Source: Takakia lepidozioides
Taxonomy: Eukaryota > Plantae > Bryophyta
DNA: 25,000 bases
NCBI GenBank assembly: GCA_030704615.1
Contig: JAKLZA010000015.1
Coordinates: forward strand, 1-25,000
Reading direction: 5' to 3'
Part shown: piece by piece, positions 10,728 through 20,700 of the stretch
How positions within the stretch are numbered: position 1 is the stretch's first letter
Layout: every line of letters starts with the position of its first letter
The notes under the pieces: generated by a model
What the model saw: only the letters and a program-made list of their open reading frames with translations
Database searches by the model: none
What the model was told of the DNA's origin: nothing
Position numbers and translations under genes: made by a program

Positions 10728-10999
10728 TGTCTAAACCAGTGTTGATCTGGTATTGGAAAGGGCCCGGTCTTTTACTTGGGCCGATAGCAGGATATAGGTG
10801 AACTAGGGCTTGGGAAAAAGGGCTCCGACCTGATCAGTCTGGTATTATGGTTTAGGGTCCATTGTATGTGGTATCAATGCTATGTTGTTGGTGCTTGTCT
10901 TATGTAGCAGATTCTGCTCATGTGCATGCTTTCATCAGTTGTTCTGGTGTTTTTTTCTCTGAATTTGAGCCTTTTTGGATAGGGGAGGTCAGTATGTAT

Positions 11000-11351
11000 C
11001 AGTGTTGGGCTGTTATTTGAATTTCTCTCTAATACCCGGCGGTTACCTATCCGGTTATATATATATATGACCGGCGGAGGTGAAAAAATGAAGTAACCGG
11101 TCCAGTTAGGAACCGGCGGAGGTCATGCATTCAAATATCCGAGCAAAAAACCTCTTAAAGAACCGCCCAATACCCGCGGTTATTTGATAAAAACCGCCGG
11201 TTATTTGAGGTTTTTGCAAGTAACCGTAACCGCTGAGGTTATATTTAGCCATAAAAAATTTAATAACCGCAACCGCGGTTAATAGTTTCCTAAAATTTGA
11301 AACAACCGGAACCGCCGGTTATGAAAAAAATCAAATAACCGCCCAACACTG
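11000..11351. mobile_element. hAT-superfamily MITE (non-autonomous), 352 bp
   Basis: TIRs CAGTGTTGGGC(T/G)GTTATTTGA match at 20/21 positions (11000-11020 and 11331-11351). Perfect 8-bp TSD GTATGTAT at 10992-10999 and 11352-11359. Interior is packed with AACCG/CGGTT subterminal motifs. CAG termini plus an 8-bp TSD are typical of hAT. Confidence 0.92.
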
Positions 11352-11467
11352 GTATGTATACCAGCTGGTATTAGTTGATATTTCTTAGATTGATACCAGT
11401 GGACAAGATGGATGGTTGTACTGCCAAAATTTCTATAAAATTAATTTGAAAACCATTGTGTTAGAAT

Positions 11468-11625
11468 TTGTAAGTTTGTTTTTTCCTTACCTAATAAAAT
11501 CTTGTAAGGTTATTTTTTCCTTACCTTAATAAAATTTCCAGGGCCACTGTCCCCTGTTCTGTTTAAATAAAGTTGGAGCAGGGCCTCAGTCCCATTTCTC
11601 AAAAAACAAAAAAAACAAATGAAAA
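11468..11625 (+). mobile_element. 3' tail remnant(s) of a LINE: duplicated TTGTAAG..AATAAAAT unit, GGGC..GTCCC hairpin motif, A-rich tail
   Basis: A ~35-bp tandem duplication (11468, 11502) contains AATAAA. It is followed by GGGCCACTGTCCCC, AATAAA, GGGCCTCAGTCCCATTTCTC and an A-rich tail. Related motifs recur elsewhere in the window. Confidence 0.45.
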
Positions 11626-11835
11626 CAAAATTGATTTCTAATAATCTTTCACTTGCTCACACATCATTTTGGGTCTACATAACCGCGGTTAAAAGCTAAC
11701 CACCGACCATAATGGTCACTTGGGCGTCTAGGGGTCAAAGGTCCACAGCTTCCAATTGGTAACGTATTGATAGCATCACTCAAAACCACCTCCTTCACCC
11801 AGAAAAGTAGCCTGCATGGTTTAGTTATTTTGCAG

Positions 11836-12049
11836 ATTCTTGGACCCGCAGCCTATATGGTTGGTGGCTAGGGAGGCAAGCTTTGAGCTCAATTTTGTGA
11901 ATGCCACACATGCATGCTGGAGGCACCGAAATGAAGATGATGAATGTGTACTGGCAGACAATGTTTGGATCACCAGTTTGAGTGAGAGGCAGTCAGGATG
12001 CTTTTCAATCACGGAGACAAGTGCCAGGAAATTAAGAAAGAGGGTGTAA
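11836..12049 (+). pseudogene. Orphan terminal exon of a purple acid phosphatase (PAP18/PAP20-22-like C-terminus)
   Basis: Acceptor ttattttgcag ends at 11835, then (R)FLDPQPIWLVAREASFELNFVNATHACWRHRNEDDECVLADNVWITSL...*. Family consensus is F..P.P.WS..REASFGHG.L..VN.THA.W.WHRN.D.E....D.VW..SL. GHG and one W are deleted. No upstream exon (GDGGN.EG) found nearby. Confidence 0.85.
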
Positions 12050-13148
12050 ATAACCGATGTTGACAGAGACCTCATTCAATGTTAGATTTTCTGGAGTATT
12101 TGCCCATTTGATAAGAGCAGTGGATCAGACAGCGCCCCTCATGAGTCTCCTTCCTTTGGAGATGAAGGCTACAGAACCTATAGAACTATACAAGTCCTTG
12201 GGCAAAAAGCTTCCAAGTCTGCTATACAGAGTTCAGATCCAGACCTCAGATACATGACAATCACGAAACTGATACTTGTAGTTGTAGTTGTTTCTTACAT
12301 GTAGAGCCAGTTGGAAAAGATGTGGCGTATAGCATCAGGGTCAGAAATTCATACGATACATATATCCTTGCAAAATTTCTCCTGGGCATTAGAATCCAAC
12401 GTCCATCAACGTAAGGGCAGAACCCTTGGAAGGGAGCAAATAATAATTTCAATCTAGACTATTCCATAGGAACCAGAAAATTCATGGGAGCTACAGCAAC
12501 ACAGCACCACTGAGATATTAGTACAGGGATGAGATCCTCATCACACTAGAGAATGGGTGCATGAAGGTGGGAATAGAGCCAGCCCACCCAAATCCAACAC
12601 CTACACATGTTGATTCCAAGCAAACTAGCTACACTTGCCCTCTGAAAGAATACTTCCACCAACAGACGTTTTCTCTGTTTAGTGTGTCAGACATGCTTTC
12701 CCATAAACAAGCACACTTCACATAATGATAAATATCACATTGCACAAAAAACAATTTTGGGCTTTGCTTAACATACATGACCTAGCCAAACCTTGTGCTA
12801 CGGAGGTTGATATGTTGATATGCATGAACAACTGTGAGCATCTAGTCAGTCATGCCAATATGGATATCAATGCTCAGTAAGAACTAAAGATCGTCCCGAT
12901 GGAGGAAAATAGCTGCATCTACAATCAGCGCATCCAGAGAGCAACAAAAACCTAATGCTGCATTTTGAAGAAACCGTTCACTTTGTACTTACAGCCTTCT
13001 CCTTCCCCTTCTGGTTTTCACTAGTATGTCAGGTTGATCACTCACAAGTGTCTCATAGCTTGCTAACAAGTCTTGACATCAATCAATTTTTGCAGTTCCT
13101 TACAAGACTTCCGAATGGCCTTGACTTGAAATGCAGTTTATTTTGCAG

Positions 13149-15277
13149 CTGATGTGCAAATACTGTGTCATTTCGTCAGGGAGGTTCGTCAGGAATTGTG
13201 CCTGCAAGCGAGCTTAGCCTAAGCATTTATGAATCTAATTTTCTCCTTACTAACTCTATTGATGACCCGGCCATGGCTATCCTGATTAGCTTCTTGCAGA
13301 TGGTTGGAAATGTTGACCCTTACCCATCAACCTGGAATGGATTGATATTTGGCTTCCTACAAGAACCATACCCAGCATGTGTACTGATTAAGAACATCCT
13401 GGACTGACATTTTTGCGCTGTTGCAAGTACAATACTATGCACACCATACACAGTACTCAGTGTACTCACAGACTCTCAACTATTGCATCTGGGGCCATAA
13501 TCCAGTTTGCAAGCTGAGAGTCTGCCGCAGATCTATGGAAGATGCTAGACATCTTCAGGACTGCAATCACCACACAATGGAGTCCCTCCATAGGTGCCAA
13601 GTGAATGTTGGGCAAGACCATGTCACCAAGCAACTGGACTCAACTGTATCCTGATGAGATCTGAACTAGGCTTAATCGACTAAAACAATGGAAATACTAC
13701 AGCCAAGAGACTCAGTACAAGCTTTAACAGGCAGTAAACCAGACTTGTGCAGGTCTCCCAACACCCAAGAAAAAACCCAGTATGTGTGTGATTCACTAAT
13801 TGTGGAGGGAGGGTGCATAGGTATCGTAGGATGCGCTCATTGCGGGAGAGAATGATGCGGCAAAGAAGGCCAGTTTTGAGAAAGCACGCTCCGCCTTGAG
13901 AACGACTACGTCCACAAGTGGGGCCCCGGCGGATCCAAGGGTTTTATCAACCTGGTTTGAACCTTGAGGCCTCAAGGACACGTGCTAATGGTTTTTCAGG
14001 TTGTTTAAGTCTGGCCATGCAGGCTCCTGCATACGGTTACAGGAGAAATGTTCCCTTATGCCAGTGGCTTTAGGCTTGATGGGAAGTCTAAAGTCTGTGA
14101 GTATGGAAACAACGAGTAGGCAGATGGCAAACTTGTTGACAGCCCTGCAGTGAACCCTACAGATGTCGGGGGCCAATAATTGTCTCATTTCCTAGGGATT
14201 TCTTCAAATCTCCAATGCACTCATCTGCACACATCCCAAGACAACACGTATTTTACTTCACTCTGACTTGAATGCACCAGTCCATGCAGCTCTATTAAAC
14301 CTTACTGTAATCACTTTCGTCCCTCAAAACTACCCAGTGGTCCTATACTACTGAGAAACTGACTCAAATTGCACCCACACATTCAAAGAGTCACACAGAT
14401 TATGTCAGATCACATCCAGCTTTCCATACTAAGAATGAACAGGCTATTCAGGTGCTTACCTGTTTGAGATCATAAAAGACAGACATCTGAGTCCTACAGA
14501 GTCAAACCCAGCCACCATCCCTACCAACAGGCAGAGAACTGGAACAATAACCACGGGTAAAAACGTGGTGGCAATCTGTGTCTTTCCAGCACAACCCGTA
14601 TTTCGTGCAAGGGAACATCACGGATTCAGCCCTTCTATTATAATATACCACACAAGGCTTTGGCAGTGCCAACGAGTGAGCACTACCCCTCATGAGTGTC
14701 TCCAGGAGATCAACCACATCACATCCCACCTGGCAAGGGCTACACTAGCAGTCCAACATTAATTCTCTTGTATGATGTTAATTCTCTTGTATTCCCTGCC
14801 ATTGTCATTTTTCCTCCTCCCTCCCTACCTCCCTGGCTCTTGCAAATACTCAGATGGAGCAAGGATGGACATACCTCTGCGGTGGGTGTACATGTCAATG
14901 TTATTAGGCATGTCATAATTTATCACATGTGCTACATCCTGCACAGTTTTCACCAGTAATTCAGGCACATAAACTTAGCACTTGTGGCTGAAGACAACTT
15001 TGCAGCCAACAGAATTGGACAAGTTATACAATCAGCCAACATGCCCCAAGAGATTTTTGTCGAGGACAGCTCAGTCAAAAAGCGAGTAATACATATTTAT
15101 TCAACAGACTATAAACTTGAACACTTTCAAAACTAAGCACAGCAAGCCTTGATTGTGAGCCACAGGCAAGGGGAGTTGCTTGCTCGGAGAATGACTTACC
15201 TGGATATCAATGCCACCATTAACATCTGTTCCTACAAGGCAATTAAAACGTTTGTTCCCGAAGCCGTCGAAGCTGAT
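13149..15277 (-). pseudogene. PRP28: Unprocessed (intron-containing) pseudogene of U5 snRNP DEAD-box helicase PRP28/DDX23/RH21, C-terminal part only
   Basis: Exons: 15277-15200 ISFDGFGNKRFNCLVGTDVNGGIDIQ; 14938-14875 DVAHVINYDMPNNIDMYTHRR(G); 14604-14460 GNTGCAGKTQIATTF[insert]LTL*DSDV/FYDLKQ; acceptor plus ATG at 14224, then disrupted, resuming ~13988-13952 LARVLEASRFKP(G); 13201-13149 GTIPDEPP*RNDTVFAHQ. Matches the plant RH21 C-terminus (..DVAHVINYDMP..MYTHRIGRTGRAGK.G.AT.FLT..D..VFYDLKQML....PPELARHEAS.FKPG.IPDRPPR..DTV). Stops at 14494-14496 and 13176-13178, a 4-bp duplication frameshift, one acceptor mutated to ..gcac, and motif VI degraded. Confidence 0.93.
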
Positions 15278-17167
15278 CTGCACATACAGAAAAGCACATT
15301 TCCATGACCAGAATTCACCTACTCGCCATCAAACTGTAACAACAAGTAATCTGCCCTCAGAACACTTCCAAGAAGCAAATACAAGGCGGGTGTCCCAATC
15401 CCAGAAAAAAATACTCCACTGCTCTCCCTTCTGTCCCGGCTGTTGCTCCGAGCGATGATGGCGATCTTTACGATCCATGCTGCTGTGCCTGCTACCCGAA
15501 TCCCTTCGAGGCCTCTCTTTCTTTGATCCTTCGAGGACTATCTTTCTCTGGATTTCTCTTTTAGATGTGTTATGAATGAATGACGTCATCCGAACATGTT
15601 GATCTGTCCATTTGCCACGAGTAGCACTGTGCACAGCTCTTGCAACGTTTCTTGAAAACAGATCCGTGGAAGGGAAGGTCCGAGGTAGACGAGAAGGGCA
15701 TTCAGCGTAGGAAGAAGGGTGCACAGTAGCAGAAATTGTGCTTGTGGGTTGTATTTGAAAGAGTTCTTTTGAGGAGATATGTGAAGGGGGTATCCATCGA
15801 TTGAACAGATGGGTTATCGTGCTGGAGTTGATGCAAGGCCTGACTTGTTGCAGCTCGTCAGTCTAATTTACGCCCCGTTTATGTGAGGAGATTTTTTTCA
15901 CTTTTTCCTGGAATTGACTGTCTTTGTTCATAGGGTCCATCTGGTTTGCAGTTCTCTTGGTCCATTTGGGCCATTTTTCTGTTCAAATTTCGAGACTCTT
16001 TTTTTGAGTTTGAAGGGGGTTCTGCGCATTAATAAACGAAGAACGGCACTGAAGACCAAGAATTATCTTCCTAAGAAGAAGCAGAAGGTAGCAACAAGCA
16101 GCCCTGGTAACTCCTGATAAATATTTCTCCCCTGGCTGTCCTAGCAATCCATAAACTTAGCCTTTCAGTTTTGTTCGCAGATCGGATTCAAGGTTTCAAG
16201 CATCACCTTCGTTCATGCCGAGGAAACAGTCTGCTGGGCACTGCATTTCATTTTGTCGGTCTCAGGGTAGATGTGCCTCTCGAGGTCTCACACCGATCTA
16301 AAAACTAAAAACTTTTTGAACGAGGTAATGAGAAAGAAGTGTCTAGATGCGGGAACTGGACAAAGGTCTAGAACGTTTTTTGAAGCATCCTGCTCTGAGT
16401 TAGCTGGCGCTTCCTAGCTCTAAGGAACTTTTCCCAGGCATTTGATCTGAAGGCAAAAGGAAATTGTGTAATGGAATCCCTCCGTATGTGAGGCGTTATG
16501 CAAGTAGATATTTACAGTTTTGATGCAGCCTTTCCATGTCCAACATGCAATTTGCAAGTTTGTACATGTCTGGAGAGTAATCCGAAACTGAGCATTTAGA
16601 GCAAATCATCTGTCTGGCTGGCATTCTATCAGCCTGACACTCTGGCAGATCTGTAGCAGTGTATGATTACATTGTGTTTGAGAGTGAGCAGGAACCATGG
16701 GCTTGGGGAATGGGAAATTGGAACAAGAGTATGAGAGTTTTCATGATAACTGCTCACATTATGTCCTCTCGCACCCTTCATAATGCAAGATGATGTTCTT
16801 GATGGATGATGGCACAAGGTCAATCATGTTGTTGTCTTTGTCCACACCACATCTTTGGACATCTCAATTGGTTTGCAAGTCATACACAATGAGCAATGGG
16901 TTGGTTTCTAGGAAAAATTGGGTCCTTGGAATACGCACTTGTGAAGTAAGACACCTTGACTATATTCTTATGTTGGTTGAACTCCGACAGAGTAAGGTGG
17001 GGTTGGACTCCAAAGCCATGCCTTCATTTTCTGCCTACAAGGCTCAAGGTATTTCTAATTCTCCATTATTTTAGGCCATGAAAGTGTGAGAACAGGAAAA
17101 CACGGTTTTGAAATTATTGATACCAACATTGATATTATTGTTCTAAGACACTCAAACTAAGATCTCA

Positions 17168-17220
17168 TTTTTTGTTTCTTTTAAGGGGAGAGATGCGCCC
17201 CTTAAAATCATATTACAATG
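17168..17220 (-). mobile_element. Possible LINE 3' terminus (hairpin + A-tail)
   Basis: A 10-bp stem, TTTTAAGGGG (17179-17188) with CCCCTTAAAA (17198-17207). On the minus strand it is preceded by TTGTAATATGA and followed by an A-rich tract. Similar to the plus-strand motif near 8411-8458. Confidence 0.35.
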
Positions 17221-17763
17221 AGTCATTAAAAAATGACAAAAAGGAAAGTTCATTCTTCATCTAAGACTCAAGAAAGATGAAGCAAGAAGATCAAGGGGGA
17301 AAACCAAAAAAGAAGGTATATTAGTAAGGCAAACCGAAATATGTAGGTAAACATCCAACCTTTCACTACACAGTCCAGCAAAGATTGTCATGATGGAGGT
17401 GATCAGCTAAGAAAGGAGTCTGAAAGACATGTATACTGCTCATAATTGAACAAAGATGAAAACATTTTTTTTTTATAGACTATATGGTATTTAAACATAG
17501 TTATTTCAAAGGTTCACAATATGTTTTCCTTGAATAGACTAAGGTGGATGAAGTTGCCCAAACTAGAATAACATTACTTGGTTAAATATAATAAGTGGGC
17601 TAAGTTAGTTTAGTTGTTAACCACTAAATTTATATGTCTCTAAAGATAGACTGAAGACCATCTACAAGACAGCTGAAAGAATGAACCTTTTTTTTCCATA
17701 TAGAATTATGTAGACGTTGTGATGTTGTGATGTTGTGATGTTGTTGTTTGAGTTCAAGAAAAA

Positions 17764-20700
17764 ATGTCTTTGTGGTGGACATCAAAGTATGGGAGTGGTA
17801 TTAGTGGTGCTAGTTCTCACGTTGCATCCGAATCACAAAACCAATGCAGAGAGAGTCCTAACACAAGTCTTCACAAAATATCACGAGTAGGATGGTATGA
17901 TCAGGCAATGCGCAATCAGCAACCTATGAAGGGAGTTGGTATGAAGTCTACCGAAAATCCTACTGGGGCATGTCTACAAGATTGGGATCCACAACAAATG
18001 GAAAATCTATACACATTTGCAAGGTTTCCAACATATTGTCCCAATTGTGAGCAGGTATTTGTGCGCTGTTTTTTCATGCTCATTTGTTTTTGCCAATTGC
18101 AGGTTTTGTAAGAATATGAAAAAACCAAAGTGCACATAAGATTTTTGTGCTCTTTCCTAATTTGCATGTGTACACAGGCATCTTCGACATCATTTACATT
18201 GGAGCAAGCTCCTTGCATCAGCCCCAAGTTCATTAACGCCTTTGAAAAGTAAGAGCACTCTTATTTTTTTAATATGATCAACATGTATTTGTCAAAAACT
18301 TTGCTAGTTCTTTACGAATTGAAATTACTTTCGAATAACACTTTGATTGTTTTCTATTGTTTGGTGGGTAGGGATGCTCCCTCTGAGAAGATTCACAATC
18401 TCGCTTGTCGGAATCGACCACTGGAAAATGCTTTATATCCTTGGGAGGTTCTTGCCTATCGTGCACAAGTACTTCTTTTCCACTCAGCTTCATTTGGTTC
18501 TTTGAAGTGTTATATTTATAGATGAGTGGAATATTGATGAGTTATTTCAAGATCATGATGTCACGTAAATATGATTGTAATGTAGCATGAGGAGTGGACA
18601 ACAAATGAAGTTTATGGCAAATCACCAGTGTATTTGGGCAGATTGCGATCCTACCTCAACAACCACTTCTTGAAAGCGGTGAGTTTTGATGTTGTTTTTT
18701 GTTTTAGTTTTTTTTCAATTTTTGGGTCAAAAAATAAAATTAACCATACGGCTAATTCGAATGAAACGCCACTTCATTAAATTTAAAAAATAAATTATGA
18801 AAATTTCCAAAACATGAACTTATGTGTATATACATATATATAGTCCTTAACCCTTAAGTTCCCAAGCCCTTTTTTCACTTTTTATCAATTTTGGGTACCC
18901 AGCTGCAGTAAATTGCCCCTAGAAACCTACCAAAAATCATCCACAGATTCCAGCCTTATAGCAATGGGCCCAGCTCATTTATGCATGACATACCAAAAAA
19001 TGAGCCAAGTCCACCGTGGAAATTGTGAGATTATAGCGTTGGCCCAGACCTCAAATATCAGGTCCCAAAGAAAAAGTGAGAAAGAAATAGGTTTACCAAA
19101 TCAAAACCTAGCTTTCTCCAATTTTGCTTGCCCCAAGACCCACCATTTCCAAATCAATAGTGGAGTGGCCATGACCCCACTAAATTGCAGGTCCAAATGA
19201 TTTTTTCACCTATGATTGCTATTCATGCAATTACATGGGGGTTGAAATCTCAAAATTGACAACAGAAAATGTGCCTCCAAATGAAGTACTTTTTTTTCTA
19301 CAATTTTTTTAAAAGCCAACGGTGGATGTGTGTATGTAATGCTCACACACCACAATTTTTTCCAAAATTGCTAATTTTCTGCCAAAAATGCCCTTTGGAG
19401 TGCAATCTGTTTTAGGCTTGTTTACCTGCCACGTCAGCAGTCAACAGCCCTTTTCAGGCCCCAAAACGTAAATTAAAGATCTAAGATATTTTTTGTAAGT
19501 CGCAGATTTTGTTTTTTTTTAATTTTGTTTTTTGCAGCATACTCGAGACAAATCCCTTGTCATTAAAGCTTCAGGAGTGGGCCCCATCAGATTAGATCTG
19601 CAAAAATTTGGTGGAACTGCAAATTCAAAGTGACCCCATTCAGGTCGCTTGGGAACTTAAGGGTTAAGTCTTCTATTTCAGGGTGATAGGCCCTTTTAAG
19701 CCTCATGACATTTAATTAAGGTTGTTTCTTACTTCTGTATCTTATCTGATCAAAGGGGGCTCTGTCCCCACCCATTTTTTACTTTGAAATGTTCTTTGGA
19801 TTTTCTTTGAAACACTATTCGTTCTTTGATATTTATTTTTATCAAATTATTTAAAAGTTTTCAAAGAATATATTTATTCTCACAAACTATTTTAATTTTT
19901 TCTTACTGTTGAGGGGATTTTTATTTTCTCTTGCTTTATAAATTTTATGAGCATTGAGGCCTTCATTTTTGTAAAGCAAATGTTATCATTTGCTCGCAAT
20001 GCATTTCCAGGCCACTATCCCCCGTTTATAAAATTAAAAAACAAAACAAAAATTGAACCAATTTTAAATATTCGACAAGACGGTAGATCAAGATATTATT
20101 TTGTGTTTCAATTTTCACATGCAATTAAATGTTGGCATTGGATAACTGAATAATATTTGTTGGGCTATGTTGAGCATTGTAGGTTGAGCAAGGGAAGGTA
20201 GTGCAATGCTGCGACAGGATGGGCGCTGCTGAATGGGCTTGTTTTTGTACTGCTTTGCTTTCAAACAATGAAGAATTCATCTATTGCATTTTTCAGGTGA
20301 ACTCAAAACTGTTTCCAATTATTATAATCATTTCTGTCACTTCAAACCACTGAAACAAAAATGATAACTAGTTATTCAAGGATTGCAGTCCAACGAAGCA
20401 ATGGCTTAGCATTATAGATTTTCTTACTGCTTTTGTTGCGCGGCTGATACAAAATTGTATGACATCACAGCGAGCTCATGGATGTCTGAAACTGAATTTG
20501 GAGCAACCACTTATGCCATGGCGATTCTATTGTTTTGCCACGGTTTCAGAGGTCTTGGAGGCAAAGCAACCTTGGAACATGCTTGATCCTATTTGCAACC
20601 TTCCCAGTAAGGTAAAGACATGAAAGACATGGGTCATGAGTGATGAAAGGGAAGCAAGAAGAGAGAGATATACGGCAAGAAGAGAAAGTTATTCTTAAAT

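Noticed and set aside
13800-14200. LINE zf-RVT-like reading (CQQVCH...RNERIL), B-box-like GGTTCAAACC and 16-bp palindrome CCTTGAGGCCTCAAGG (13962-13977)
   Set aside because: The B-box-like and palindromic sequence is the PRP28 exon (EASRFKPG). The remaining LINE similarity is too weak to support.
16630-17000. Receptor-kinase-like fragments on the minus strand (QHKNIVKV, LLIVYD)
   Set aside because: The fragments are in different frames with poor spacing, and there are no HRD/DFG motifs; could be chance.
18522-18570. Extra exon DEWNIDELFQDHDV in the DUF3825 gene
   Set aside because: Its phase is incompatible with the neighbouring exons and it runs into stops. The domain aligns well without it.
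18747-18840. Possible Tc1/mariner-like terminus (TA|CGGCTAATTC...)
   Set aside because: No matching inverted end was found in the window.
18913-19200. ORF inside the piggyBac-like element as a transposase
   Set aside because: 95 aa, non-ATG start and no DDD/E or Cys-rich piggyBac motifs; the element is non-autonomous.
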